56,007 nt of DNA from Alphaproteobacteria bacterium (GTDB taxonomy: Bacteria; Pseudomonadota; Alphaproteobacteria; UBA6615): positions 1 to 56,007 of the forward strand of contig JAPKDV010000002.1 in NCBI GenBank assembly GCA_028822385.1. The letters run 5' to 3'. The notes beneath the pieces are model-generated. The model had not been told where the DNA came from. It searched no databases and saw only the letters and a list, made by a program, of their open reading frames with translations. Every line of letters begins with the position of its first letter. Position 1 is the stretch's first letter. This document shows, in pieces, positions 15,860 through 25,748 of the stretch. Position numbers and translations under genes: made by a program.

Positions 15860-16891
15860 TTGAAAACTTCCGACTTTGATTTTGACCTTCCCGGTGAGTT
15901 GATCGCCCAGCGACCGGCCGTACCGAGAAACTCTGCAAGGTTGCTTGATTTGCGAGAGCAGCCGGCCGATCGCGTCATAGCGGACCTGCCAGGCATTCTG
16001 GAGCCCGGAAGTTTACTTGTAGTCAATGATACTAGTGTGATCCCCGCGCAGCTTGAAGGCCATCGTGGGGAGGCTAAAATAGGTGTGACCCTGCACAAGA
16101 ATGAAGGGGCGGGGGAATGGCTAGCGTTTGCGAAGAATGCCCGGCGCCTTAAGCTTGGTGACGTGATCGAATTTGGCGGTGATTTCGCCGCAGAGGTGAT
16201 GACCCGTGATGGCGCTGAGGTTCGTCTTCGGTTCAACATATCGGCCGAGAGCTTCCGCGATGCGCTGGAAGAATATGGTCGACCGCCACTGCCCCCATAT
16301 ATCAAGCGATCTGAAGCGCCCGACCAAGACGATGTCGCAGACTATCAAACCATGTTTGCGGCCCATGAAGGTGCTGTTGCCGCGCCCACAGCAGGTTTGC
16401 ACTTCACCCCCGATCTGGTGAGGGAGCTTGACACTGCCGGCCTCTCGCTGGTCTCTCTTACGCTTCATGTAGGGGCAGGGACGTTTCTGCCCGTGACGGC
16501 GGACTCTGTCCGCGACCACAAGATGCATTACGAATACGGTGAGATTTCGGATGCGGTCGCGGGTCAGATCAACGCAGCGCGGGCGGACAACCGAAAGATA
16601 GTCGCGATAGGAACCACCGTACTACGCTTGCTCGAATCTGCTGCGAAACTGGATGGCAGTCTTCCGCCCTTTCGCGGAGACACGAACCTATTCATCACGC
16701 CGGGGTACAGCTTTCGGATTGTGGATCAGCTCCTAACTAATTTCCATCTACCGCGCTCTACATTGTTTATGCTCGTATGTGCGTTTGCCGGGATGGAACG
16801 GATGCACGGCGCCTATACCCATGCCATTGAGAACCGTTACAGATTTTTCTCCTATGGTGATGCGACCCTGCTCGAACGTAGGAATCGGTAA
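15860..16891 (+). CDS. queA: S-adenosylmethionine:tRNA ribosyltransferase-isomerase
   Basis: N-terminus (TTG start) MKTSDFDFDLPGELIAQRP, then PPYIKR, HVGAGTF, GTTVLRLLES, FHLPRSTL. Confidence 0.95.
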   Translation: MKTSDFDFDLPGELIAQRPAVPRNSARLLDLREQPADRVIADLPGILEPGSLLVVNDTSVIPAQLEGHRGEAKIGVTLHKNEGAGEWLAFAKNARRLKLGDVIEFGGDFAAEVMTRDGAEVRLRFNISAESFRDALEEYGRPPLPPYIKRSEAPDQDDVADYQTMFAAHEGAVAAPTAGLHFTPDLVRELDTAGLSLVSLTLHVGAGTFLPVTADSVRDHKMHYEYGEISDAVAGQINAARADNRKIVAIGTTVLRLLESAAKLDGSLPPFRGDTNLFITPGYSFRIVDQLLTNFHLPRSTLFMLVCAFAGMERMHGAYTHAIENRYRFFSYGDATLLERRNR

Positions 16892-16931
16892 TGTTAGGAA
16901 TGTGCGATAATCATGCGCGGAGAAGAGAGTT

Positions 16932-17396
16932 ATGAGTGAAGACATCTATGAAGGTCTGACCCAATTGGGTGGTAATGCAGAGCTACCCACCTCACCGGAG
17001 AAGGCAATTCTCGAGCGGGTGCCCAATCCGAAGAAGGATGCGACCTATCTAATTCGGTTTACCGCACCGGAATTTACCTCTCTATGCCCGATCACCGGTC
17101 AGCCTGATTTTGCTCATCTCGTAATCGACTATGCGCCGCGGGACTGGCTAGTCGAAAGCAAATCGCTAAAGCTTTTTCTGGGCTCCTTTCGCAATCACGG
17201 AGCCTTTCATGAGGCCTGCACGGTGGATATTGCCAAGCGCTTGGAAGCGTTTTTAGAGCCGATTTGGATTCGGATTGGCGGCTACTGGTTCCCGCGTGGG
17301 GGCATGCCGATTGATGTGTTCTATCAGTCAGACCAACCCCCTGTGGGCCTCTGGCTGCCAGATCAGGGTGTCGCGCCCTATCGTGGTCGCGGTTAG
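16932..17396 (+). CDS. queF: NADPH-dependent 7-cyano-7-deazaguanine (preQ0) reductase, unimodular type
   Basis: 154 aa. Catalytic Cys context [14 protein letters not shown] and QueF motif ESKSLKLFL. Confidence 0.95.
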   Translation: MSEDIYEGLTQLGGNAELPTSPEKAILERVPNPKKDATYLIRFTAPEFTSLCPITGQPDFAHLVIDYAPRDWLVESKSLKLFLGSFRNHGAFHEACTVDIAKRLEAFLEPIWIRIGGYWFPRGGMPIDVFYQSDQPPVGLWLPDQGVAPYRGRG

Positions 17397-17401
17397 CAGA
17401 C

Positions 17402-18553
17402 ATGAACGAACCGTCTCCACGCGACCGTATCCGTGAGAAGGCGCTCGAGCTCGGATTCGATCTCGTGGGGTTTGCATCGGTTACGCTGGACGAGTCTGTG
17501 CAGACGAATCTCGACAGTTATCTCGCTGACGGCATGCATGGCGAAATGGACTGGATGGTGGCTAAGGCCGAACGTCGCCGCCAGCCGTCTGCTTTGTGGT
17601 CTGACGCGCGCTCGGTGATTGCGCTAGCGATGAACTATACACCTGCAGCCGGTGCGCTTGATAGTATTGATCAGCCCGGAATCGGGCATCTCTCGGTCTA
17701 TGCGCGCGGTCGCGATTACCACGACGTGGTCAAGAAGCAGCTCAAGGTTCTGGGGCGCTGGATTTGCGAGACATTTCCCGGTGACGTGAAAGTTTTTGTT
17801 GATACTGCACCCGTCATGGAAAAACCCGTAGCTCAAAAAGCAGGTCTTGGCTGGCAGGGTAAGCACACCAATCTGGTGTCTCGCGAACACGGATCCTGGG
17901 TTTTTCTGGGCGAAGTTTTTACGACTCTCGATCTCACCGAGGATACGGCTCAGACGGATCATTGTGGGAGTTGCCGGAATTGTCTGGATTCCTGTCCGAC
18001 TAACGCCTTTCCCGCGCCTTATCAGATCGATGCTCGCCGCTGCATCTCCTATCTGACCATTGAGCACAAGGGGCCGATCGATCGAGAGCTACGCCCGTTG
18101 ATGGGAAATCGGATATATGGCTGTGACGATTGTCTGGCGGCTTGCCCGTGGAACAAGTTTGCTCAAGCGGCGCCGGTCGCTGATCTGCGTGCTCGCCCGG
18201 AATTTGCAGCCCCGAAACTGGAAAATCTGGCGCGTTTGAATGACGGCGAATTTAGGACCTTTTTTTCGCGAACAGCCATCAAGCGTATTGGCCGGGACCG
18301 CTTCGTGCGCAACGTCCTGATTGCATTGGGCAATGTGGGTGGCGACGATGCCGTGGAAGTTGCCCAGGAGCGGTTGCGAGACGAATGCTCACTGGTACGT
18401 GGTGCGGCGGTCTGGGCCTTGTCGCAATTACTCTCGGCCGCGTCGTTTGACCGATTGCGCCAGGAATGGCGTACACGTGAAAATGATGTCGAAGTGATTG
18501 AAGAGTGGGATGCGCCTCGCGCGTCTATTTCCGTCGCAACGCAGTCCGGATAG
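17402..18553 (+). CDS. queG: Epoxyqueuosine reductase
   Basis: 4Fe-4S motifs CGSCRNCLDSCPTNAF and CDDCLAACPWN, plus C-terminal HEAT-like repeats. 383 aa. Confidence 0.95.
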   Translation: MNEPSPRDRIREKALELGFDLVGFASVTLDESVQTNLDSYLADGMHGEMDWMVAKAERRRQPSALWSDARSVIALAMNYTPAAGALDSIDQPGIGHLSVYARGRDYHDVVKKQLKVLGRWICETFPGDVKVFVDTAPVMEKPVAQKAGLGWQGKHTNLVSREHGSWVFLGEVFTTLDLTEDTAQTDHCGSCRNCLDSCPTNAFPAPYQIDARRCISYLTIEHKGPIDRELRPLMGNRIYGCDDCLAACPWNKFAQAAPVADLRARPEFAAPKLENLARLNDGEFRTFFSRTAIKRIGRDRFVRNVLIALGNVGGDDAVEVAQERLRDECSLVRGAAVWALSQLLSAASFDRLRQEWRTRENDVEVIEEWDAPRASISVATQSG

Positions 18554-18588
18554 ATTGAGGTCAGTCTGCGCAGGGTAAGGGTTAAGCC

Positions 18589-19194
18589 GTGGAATATTTT
18601 GTTTATTGTAGCAACAAACCGAAAGTAGACGCGTTACGAGCTGAGCATCAGGAAGCCCATTGGGCCTTCATGGACCAGTACGAAGATCGCATGATTGCGC
18701 GTGGCCCAACCTTGGCCGAGGACGGGAAAACGCCGAACGGCTCAATGCATATCGTCGATCTGGAGAGTGAAGAGGAGGCAAAAACGTTTGCCCATGACGA
18801 ACCTTATGCCAAGGCGGGTGTCTTCACGGACATCACTATCCGGCGATGGACCAATGCCCTGAAGCGCACGATGTGGGATTTTCAGGGTGACGTTTCCAGT
18901 ACGCGATTTCTCTGCATCGGCTATGGCCCTCTTGGCATCGACAGTACCGCACGACGCAATGAACTCCTGCAGAGCCATCGGGACTACTTGAGTGCCCCTG
19001 GTCGAGTTGAGAGGGGCATTCTTCGCGGCCCACTCTGGGATTCTGCCGGTGAAAAATGGATTGGGAGCATCTTTCTTATCGAAGCGCCCGATCCGACCTT
19101 TATCAAAGCCTTTTTCGTAGACGAGCCTTATACCAAGGATGGTCTGTACGAGCGGTTCGAAATGCTGCTGTGGCGCTTCGGTGGCCGTAACTAG
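18589..19194 (+). CDS. Tandem YciI-like domain protein
   Basis: Two consecutive YciI-type halves, each ending in the characteristic DEPY.K.G(V/L) motif (HDEPYAKAGVF and VDEPYTKDGLY). GTG start. Confidence 0.7.
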   Translation: MEYFVYCSNKPKVDALRAEHQEAHWAFMDQYEDRMIARGPTLAEDGKTPNGSMHIVDLESEEEAKTFAHDEPYAKAGVFTDITIRRWTNALKRTMWDFQGDVSSTRFLCIGYGPLGIDSTARRNELLQSHRDYLSAPGRVERGILRGPLWDSAGEKWIGSIFLIEAPDPTFIKAFFVDEPYTKDGLYERFEMLLWRFGGRN

Positions 19195-19284
19195 ACTTTT
19201 TTGCGGCCATGCTGCGCAACCCGTTTTCCAAGCGCTGCAAATACTCTATACACGCCCGCGTAACCGAACCTACGGAAACGCAAA

Positions 19285-20964
19285 ATGGCAAATCCCCAAT
19301 ACGTCTATGTAATGAAGGCCCTGACGAAGGCCTATCCAGGCGGCCGCAAGGTCGTCGAAGATGTCTGGCTGAGCTTCATGCCCGGCGCCAAGATTGGTGT
19401 GCTGGGCCTCAACGGCTCCGGCAAATCAACCCTGCTCCGGATCATGGCTGGGATTGATAAGGAATTTCAGGGCGAAGCGTGGGCTGCCGACGGCGTCCGG
19501 ATAGGATTTCTGCAGCAGGAGCCTGAGCTAAATCCGGATAAGGACGTGCTGGGTAATGTGATGGAAGGCGTTGCTAGCACTAAGGTGCTTCTGGACCGCT
19601 TCAATGAGGTCAGCATGCGGTTTGGCGAGGACCTGACTGCCGACGAAATGGACGCGCTGATCGACGAACAAGCAGAACTACAAAACCAGATCGATGCGGC
19701 GGATGCTTGGGAGCTGGATCGGCAGATTGAAATTGCAATGGACGCGCTGCGCTGTCCGGCTGCTGGCGCCGACGTCACCAAGCTTTCCGGTGGCGAACGT
19801 CGCCGTGTGGCACTGTGCCGTTTGCTGCTGTCACGCCCCGATATGCTTCTGCTAGATGAGCCAACCAACCATCTCGATGCAGAATCCGTCGCTTGGCTGG
19901 AACAATTCCTAGAGGGTTATCCGGGTACCGTCGTAGCCGTAACCCATGATCGCTACTTTCTCGACAATGTCGCTGGTTGGATTCTTGAGCTCGATCGCGG
20001 CAAGGGACTTCCGTTCGAAGGCAACTACACCGGTTGGCTGGAAGCCAAGGGAAAGCGACTTGCACAAGAAGAGCGCGAGGAGAGCTCCCGGCAACGGACG
20101 ATCAGGGAAGAGCTTGAATGGGTTCGTTCAAGCCCGCGCGCACGCCAGTCTAAGAGCAAGGCGCGTGTTTCTGCCTACGAGAAGCTGGTCGCAGACAGTC
20201 AGGATATGGTGCCCGAAGGCCAACAGATCACCATTCCTGCAGGACCGCGGTTGGGTGATCTCGTCATGGAAGCTGAAAACCTGGGTAAGGGATTTGGTGA
20301 TCGGTTGTTGATCGACGATTTGAGCTTCCGGATGCCACAGGGTGCGATTGTCGGCGTAATCGGTCCCAACGGTGCAGGTAAGACGACGTTTTGCAATATG
20401 GTGACTAAGCAGGAAGAGACCGACACAGGTTCACTACGGATCGGCGAAACGGTGATACTTGGCTATGTCGATCAGAGCCGCGACGCGCTCACCGATGACA
20501 ATACGGTCTGGGAAGAAATCTCGGGTGGGGCTGATGTCATCGAACTCGGCAAGCGCTCGGTGCAAAGTCGTGCTTATGTTGCCGGGTTCAATTTCCGCGG
20601 CACGGACCAGCAAAAACGGGTTGGACAGCTTTCGGGCGGTGAGCGCAATCGCGTCCATCTGGCCAAAGTCCTTAAATCTGGCTCCAATGTGCTGTTGCTT
20701 GATGAGCCGACGAACGATCTGGACGTAGATACGCTGCGGGCGCTGGAAGAAGCGTTACTTGGTTTCCCGGGAAGTGCCATCGTGGTCAGCCATGACCGCT
20801 GGTTCCTTGACCGCATCGCAACTCATATCCTGGCCTTTGAAGGCAACAGTGAAGTAGTGTGGTTTGAAGGTAACTATGATGCCTATTCCGAAGACCTGCA
20901 GCGCCGCAAAGGCGCTGATGTTGATCGCCCGCACCGGATTAAGTACAAACCACTCGTCCGATAA
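19285..20964 (+). CDS. ettA: Energy-dependent translational throttle protein EttA (ABC-F ATPase)
   Basis: 559 aa. Two ABC cassettes (GLNGSGKST / [11 protein letters not shown]; GPNGAGKTT / [11 protein letters not shown]), no TM domain, and the EttA-type N-terminus [14 protein letters not shown]. Confidence 0.95.
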   Translation: MANPQYVYVMKALTKAYPGGRKVVEDVWLSFMPGAKIGVLGLNGSGKSTLLRIMAGIDKEFQGEAWAADGVRIGFLQQEPELNPDKDVLGNVMEGVASTKVLLDRFNEVSMRFGEDLTADEMDALIDEQAELQNQIDAADAWELDRQIEIAMDALRCPAAGADVTKLSGGERRRVALCRLLLSRPDMLLLDEPTNHLDAESVAWLEQFLEGYPGTVVAVTHDRYFLDNVAGWILELDRGKGLPFEGNYTGWLEAKGKRLAQEEREESSRQRTIREELEWVRSSPRARQSKSKARVSAYEKLVADSQDMVPEGQQITIPAGPRLGDLVMEAENLGKGFGDRLLIDDLSFRMPQGAIVGVIGPNGAGKTTFCNMVTKQEETDTGSLRIGETVILGYVDQSRDALTDDNTVWEEISGGADVIELGKRSVQSRAYVAGFNFRGTDQQKRVGQLSGGERNRVHLAKVLKSGSNVLLLDEPTNDLDVDTLRALEEALLGFPGSAIVVSHDRWFLDRIATHILAFEGNSEVVWFEGNYDAYSEDLQRRKGADVDRPHRIKYKPLVR

Positions 20965-20976
20965 GGCACGCTGAAC

Positions 20977-21609
20977 TCACCCGTCGCGACGGGTGCGTAG
21001 TTCTTTGATTAGAGATGATAGTGTGCGACCGCTTTTGCTAACGACGGAGTTGAACTCGTCGCGTTGTGTCGTCGCCATGCTAATGCCTTCAAGCTTTACA
21101 TCGATGATTTTGAACAGATCGTCTTTACTGGCAACCCGCCACTCGATTTGTACACTCGAGGTTAAGCTTGTGAAAAACCAACTTTTGACCAGAGCGACGT
21201 TTTGCTTCGACTTCTCAGGCGTCGCGTCTATCCCACCCCTGACTTCAAATTTTTGCCCAGAATACAGGGAAAATCTGTCGGCCCAAGTATTCACGATGAC
21301 ATCTTCAAACAAAGATAAATACTCTGTGCGTTCCGCATCAGATGCCTTGCGCCAGTAGCGGCCGGCAACGAAGCGGGCAATGCCGTTCACGGCGAAACCA
21401 TCGCGGAACAGTTTGCGAAACTCGTCACGTCGTTTTTCGGCGGTGATAGATTTGTCGGTGAGAGAGCCAATCGCCTGGTTGGCGAGTTGGTCAATGAAGT
21501 TCACAGAGGCGTCAATATGCGAGTCCGCACGCGCCATAGTGGCGGGTGTGGCCAATGCTAATGCAAGGACGATTGCTGCGATATAGCGCACAGGCAGTCT
21601 CATTCTCAT
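20977..21609 (-). CDS. mlaC: Phospholipid-binding periplasmic protein MlaC (Ttg2D family)
   Basis: Signal peptide MRMRLPVRYIAAIVLALALATPATMARA. MlaC-like core FAVNGIARFVAGRYWRKAS...YLSLFEDVIVNTW. Confidence 0.85.
   Translation of the reverse strand: MRMRLPVRYIAAIVLALALATPATMARADSHIDASVNFIDQLANQAIGSLTDKSITAEKRRDEFRKLFRDGFAVNGIARFVAGRYWRKASDAERTEYLSLFEDVIVNTWADRFSLYSGQKFEVRGGIDATPEKSKQNVALVKSWFFTSLTSSVQIEWRVASKDDLFKIIDVKLEGISMATTQRDEFNSVVSKSGRTLSSLIKELRTRRDG
20978..20995. terminator. Perfect 18-bp palindrome between convergent ettA and mlaC
   Basis: CACCCGTCG|CGACGGGTG lies 14 nt after the ettA stop and overlaps the last codons of mlaC. The T-tract is weak (GTTCTTTGATT). Confidence 0.35.
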
Positions 21610-22418
21610 TATTTGGTTACTGGGGTTTCTTCCTTACCCTCGCCAGGGGACGGTTGGTCGAGGTCGAGGCCGATCGTCGGTCCTGACTGAACAGGTGTTC
21701 CGGCACCATTTCTAATCTTTGCGGCACGTTGCTGCCGATATAAGCTTCGAACGGCTGCATAATAGTCCAACGATGTGCGTTGTAACTCACGGACCTGTTC
21801 AATGTCCCTTGATCGTTTGACAACGGCGTTACCAGCTGCGCGCCCGATGGTGACCCCACTGCCGGCTACTATGCCGACTGGATCGACAAAGAAATTTGTG
21901 ACGGTACCAATCGTGGCGCGAACAGAGGACGGCCCGAGCAGCGGTAACATGATGTAGGGGCCTTCTTCAAACCCCCAGATTGCCAATGTTTGTCCGGCGT
22001 CTTCAAAGACTGGGTTTTCATCAGGGAATGTGTCAGCTAGCAGGAAAGTTGGCAGTGCAGTGAAGAAGCTTGCGGCCGCTCTCTCTGCCCGATCCATGTC
22101 TCCCTGAAGCAGGGCATGAAGAAAGCTTAGTGGCGTAAACAGGTTGGTGATGAAATTTTGAACCGGTATTTTCAGCTCGTCCGGGAAAAGATCCCGGTAG
22201 GTCACAGCTACCGGCTGGAGAACAAGTTGGTCCACCATCACATTTGCTCCGAACACCATCCGGTTAGCCGGTTCAAAAGGATCATTGGCTTCATCATACG
22301 CGGCACGTGCATCTGGATCTCCTTCAGAAGATTGCATTGCGCACGCGGACACAGCGACCATCAGGGTCAATGCCATCACGAAACGAAAAAAACGAAAATC
22401 AGAGACTGAATTCAACAT
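21609..22418 (-). CDS. mlaA: MlaA/VacJ family outer-membrane lipoprotein
   Basis: Lipobox MVAVSAC. VacJ core NDPFEPANRMVF...NFITNLFTPLSFLHALLQGD. The stop overlaps the mlaC start by 1 nt (TAATG). Confidence 0.9.
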   Translation of the reverse strand: MLNSVSDFRFFRFVMALTLMVAVSACAMQSSEGDPDARAAYDEANDPFEPANRMVFGANVMVDQLVLQPVAVTYRDLFPDELKIPVQNFITNLFTPLSFLHALLQGDMDRAERAAASFFTALPTFLLADTFPDENPVFEDAGQTLAIWGFEEGPYIMLPLLGPSSVRATIGTVTNFFVDPVGIVAGSGVTIGRAAGNAVVKRSRDIEQVRELQRTSLDYYAAVRSLYRQQRAAKIRNGAGTPVQSGPTIGLDLDQPSPGEGKEETPVTK

Positions 22419-22722
22419 ATGTTCTCGTCCACATCATAGGTCTGGCTTCCTTGCCTAGAAATCACCACACCCAGAAATCACCGTACTTCGACTTTTGGTA
22501 ACCAAGCCGCTCATTTTATTTGATCATAATAGGAAGATTGTTAACACACTCTCCCTGTAATCAACCAACGCCAATTCTCTTATACAATCTGCTGCGATAC
22601 AGATAGGGGTTACGCAATATTCCAAGGGGTCTGAGGACCGTTTTTTATCACTGTGGCAGTATTACCACAAATTTCTATTCCGACTCGCATACAAGGCGTT
22701 GTGTAATTAGATTTGACATAAT

Positions 22723-22754
22723 TATATGTTTATATGTTTATGTGTTTATGTAAT
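22723..22754. repeat. Four tandem 8-bp units in an AT-rich intergenic region
   Basis: TATATGTT TATATGTT TATGTGTT TATGTAAT, read directly. Immediately downstream of a TTGACA hexamer (22713-22718) and the inverted repeat ACATA-N4-TATGT (22716-22729). Confidence 0.6.
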
Positions 22755-22819
22755 TTAGCACGCAAAATGTACCCCGAGTCGTAATCAGTTTTTAAATATT
22801 AGAGCAGTGGAAGTACCCA

Positions 22820-23800
22820 TTGAACCAGCTTATTACTATTTTACGAGCTGCCGGAGAGCCGAGCAGACTAAGAATTCTGGCACTGTGTGCGGGAGGGGAC
22901 CTCACGGTGAGTGATCTGACCAAGATACTTGGGCAGAGCCAGCCTGGGGTTTCTCGGCACCTAAAATTGCTGTGTGACGCTGGTCTTCTAGAGAGGCATC
23001 AAGAGGGCAGTTGGGCTTTCTTCCATCTTCCTGCGACGGGTACAAACGCCGTTGTCGCTCGATTTTTGATGGATCAGATACAGGACGACGATCCCCTCGT
23101 TGAGCGTGATCGCCGTAGGTTTGATGTGATTAGGCAAGATCGTGCGGCCCGGTCAGATACCTATTTTCGAGAGAATGCCGCGCGCTGGAATCGGGTTCGC
23201 ACGCTCCACGTTGATGAGACTGAAGTTGAAAACACGCTGTGCGAAATGCTGGGACATGAGCCCGTCGAGAATTTACTCGATATCGGAACGGGTACCGGCC
23301 GTATGCTTCAGGTCTTGGGCGACCGGGTGAGAGAAGCAATCGGTGTGGATTTGTCGCGGGATATGCTGGCCGTAGCACGATCGTATCTCGCCGATGCGCA
23401 GTATAGGAATTGCAGTGTGCGTCAGGCAGATATGTACGAGTTACCTTTCGCCGACCACTCTTTTGACCTAGTGATCTTGCATATGGTTTTGCATTTCGCC
23501 GAGAGTCCTGAAGACGTTGTGCGTGAGGCGGCGCGAGTTCTGCAGCCCGAAGGCAGGTTCTTCGTCGTGGATTTTGCACGCCACGAAATGGAGGTTATGC
23601 GCGATGAACACGCTCATGTCCGGCTGGGGTTCCGTAACTACGATATAAATCAATGGGCCGCCCGTGCCGGTCTGGAGAGTCTTGCAAGTAGGAATCTTCC
23701 CGGAGAGCAACTGACCGTGAGTATCTGGGAATTGTCCCGGCCTGCCGACATTCATACCCTGGAACCGACTTCAGCTCGTCAGGGAAGCTTTCAACAATGA
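22820..23800 (+). CDS. sahR: ArsR-type wHTH regulator fused to a SAM-methyltransferase-like domain (SahR-like methionine-cycle regulator)
   Basis: N-terminus LRAAGEPSRLRILALC...VSDLTKILGQSQPGVSRHLKLL (ArsR HTH). C-terminus LLDIGTGTGRML...VILHMVLHF (class I MTase fold). Sits directly upstream of and coupled to metF. TTG start. Confidence 0.75.
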   Translation: MNQLITILRAAGEPSRLRILALCAGGDLTVSDLTKILGQSQPGVSRHLKLLCDAGLLERHQEGSWAFFHLPATGTNAVVARFLMDQIQDDDPLVERDRRRFDVIRQDRAARSDTYFRENAARWNRVRTLHVDETEVENTLCEMLGHEPVENLLDIGTGTGRMLQVLGDRVREAIGVDLSRDMLAVARSYLADAQYRNCSVRQADMYELPFADHSFDLVILHMVLHFAESPEDVVREAARVLQPEGRFFVVDFARHEMEVMRDEHAHVRLGFRNYDINQWAARAGLESLASRNLPGEQLTVSIWELSRPADIHTLEPTSARQGSFQQ

Positions 23801-24693
23801 TTACTTCGACCGTGACATCACCTCAAGCACCTTCGATAAGCTTTGAATTCTTTCCGCCTAAATCACCCGAAATGGAAGACATACTCTGGGATACAGTGTG
23901 TGCATTGGCACCACTTTCCCCGTCTTTTGTTTCGGTAACCTATGGAGCGGGTGGTTCGACGCGCGCACGTACCCACTCCACTGTGTCTCGGATCGTCGCG
24001 GAGGCGGGCATTACAGCAGCGGCGCATCTCACTTGCGTAGATGCATCGCGCGAAGAGATTAACGAGGTGGCCCGCTCATACTGGGAAGCCGGTGTGCGAC
24101 ATGTTGTGGCCTTGCGCGGCGACCCACTCGACGCCGAACAAGGTTATACGCCCCATCCCGATGGTTACGCCTATGCCTCCGATCTCGTGACCGGTTTGCG
24201 TGGGATCGGCGATTTCGTGGTTTCCGTGGCGGCCTATCCGGAAACCCATCCCGAGGCACAAAGCGCGCACGCGGATCTCGACAATCTAAAGCGCAAAATT
24301 GATGCGGGCGCCAGTCAGGCGATCACGCAGTTCTTTTTCGACAATGATGATTTTCTGCGATTTCGTGACCGAGTCTCCGACGTTGGCATTTCTGTGCCTA
24401 TAGTGCCAGGCATCATGCCGGTCGGAAACTTTAAAAGTATGTGCCGTTTTGCGGCTATGTGTGGTGCGCGGGTACCGCAAGCTCTCGCGGACAGGTTTGA
24501 GGGGTTGGACGACAATCCCTATGACCGGCGTCAGGTCGCGATCGAACTAGCCTCTCAGCAATGTCACGAACTGATGGCGAATGGTGTCGACCTATTTCAT
24601 TTCTATACTCTGAATCGAGCCGCGCTGACCCAGGCCGTCTGTGAAAGCATCGGCGTGACATCTTCGGTGCCGAAGGCCGAGGTCAGCCAGTGA
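23797..24693 (+). CDS. metF: 5,10-methylenetetrahydrofolate reductase
   Basis: [35 protein letters not shown] motifs. 4-nt overlaps with both neighbours. Confidence 0.95.
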   Translation: MITSTVTSPQAPSISFEFFPPKSPEMEDILWDTVCALAPLSPSFVSVTYGAGGSTRARTHSTVSRIVAEAGITAAAHLTCVDASREEINEVARSYWEAGVRHVVALRGDPLDAEQGYTPHPDGYAYASDLVTGLRGIGDFVVSVAAYPETHPEAQSAHADLDNLKRKIDAGASQAITQFFFDNDDFLRFRDRVSDVGISVPIVPGIMPVGNFKSMCRFAAMCGARVPQALADRFEGLDDNPYDRRQVAIELASQQCHELMANGVDLFHFYTLNRAALTQAVCESIGVTSSVPKAEVSQ

Positions 24694-25748
24694 CCCAGGA
24701 ACGACCGGAAATTACTCTAGCGCTGGCGGAACGCATCCTCGTTCTTGATGGTGCCATGGGGACTGAAATTCAGGCGTTGAAACTCGAAACTGTCGATTAT
24801 CATGGCAAGCATTTTGAAGGCCTGGCGCAGGATTTGACTGGCAACAATGATATCCTCAACCTGACCGCGCCCGATGCAATCCGGGATATCCACACCAGTT
24901 ATCTCGAAGCCGGCGCGGATATCATTGCCACCAACACGTTCAATGCCACGACCATCTCGCAGGCTGATTACGGGATGGAAGACTATGTAGACGCTATTAA
25001 TCTGGAAGGTGCGCGAGTTGCACGAGAAGCTTGTGATGCCATGATGGCCCGGGACCCCGATCATGTGTGCTGGGTTGCAGGGGCGATCGGACCGACTAAC
25101 CGGACCACCTCGATCTCACCAGATGTGAATGACCCTGGATATCGTGCGATTACTTTTGACACGCTTAAGGATGCCTACAAGCAGGCCGCCTGTTCGTTAC
25201 TGTCCGGCGGGGTCGACCTGTTCCTGATCGAGACTATTTTCGACACGCTAAACGCCAAATGCGCAATCTTTGCTCTGGAAGAGCTCTTTGACGAAACTGG
25301 TGAGCGCCGTCCCGTCATGATTTCTGGAACGATCACGGATAGGTCCGGGCGCACGCTGACGGGGCAGACCCCCGAAGCCTTCTGGAATTCGTTGCGCCAT
25401 GCCAGTCCGCTGACCATCGGGCTTAATTGTTCGCTGGGCGCCAATGAAATGCGCCCTTATCTGGCTGACCTGTCGCGGATGGCCGATACATTTGTCTGTG
25501 CCTATCCCAATGCCGGGCTGCCTAATGAGTTTGGTGAGTATGACGAGGAGGCTGAAACCACAGCCGGATTTGTGCGCGAATGGGCTGAAGAAGGTTTTGT
25601 TAATATTGTTGGCGGCTGTTGCGGGACGACACCAGCCCATATAGCCGCGCTTCACAACGCAGTCGAAGGATTGCCACCGCGAGAAGTTCCAACACGGGAA
25701 CCGGCAATGCGTCTGTCCGGCCTCGAACCCTTCACGGTAACAGTATGA
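24690..25748 (+). CDS. metH: Methionine synthase, stand-alone homocysteine-binding (S-methyltransferase) module
   Basis: [10 protein letters not shown] start. Zn ligands in GLNCSLG and [11 protein letters not shown]. Ends within the interdomain linker ([12 protein letters not shown]). Confidence 0.9.
   Translation: MTQERPEITLALAERILVLDGAMGTEIQALKLETVDYHGKHFEGLAQDLTGNNDILNLTAPDAIRDIHTSYLEAGADIIATNTFNATTISQADYGMEDYVDAINLEGARVAREACDAMMARDPDHVCWVAGAIGPTNRTTSISPDVNDPGYRAITFDTLKDAYKQAACSLLSGGVDLFLIETIFDTLNAKCAIFALEELFDETGERRPVMISGTITDRSGRTLTGQTPEAFWNSLRHASPLTIGLNCSLGANEMRPYLADLSRMADTFVCAYPNAGLPNEFGEYDEEAETTAGFVREWAEEGFVNIVGGCCGTTPAHIAALHNAVEGLPPREVPTREPAMRLSGLEPFTVTV

Noticed and set aside
22500-22819. 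Possible SAM-II / SAM-V riboswitch upstream of the met operon.
   Set aside because: I found no AAAGCU-type 3' element or U-rich triplex strand arrangement. The first gene is itself a SahR-like protein regulator, which is the alternative control mode. This remains unverified without Infernal/Rfam.
25619-25744. Upstream extension of the second metH ORF (42 codons overlapping the first metH gene), and similar extensions at 33868 (prmA into uvrD), 38938 (monooxygenase into pepP), 40079 (thioesterase), 49211 (ftsZ) and 51618 (ftsQ into ddl).
   Set aside because: The extensions are out of frame with, and overlap, well-supported upstream genes. They are not protein-like. Internal starts sit right at or after the upstream stop, often with an RBS or an ATGA overlap.
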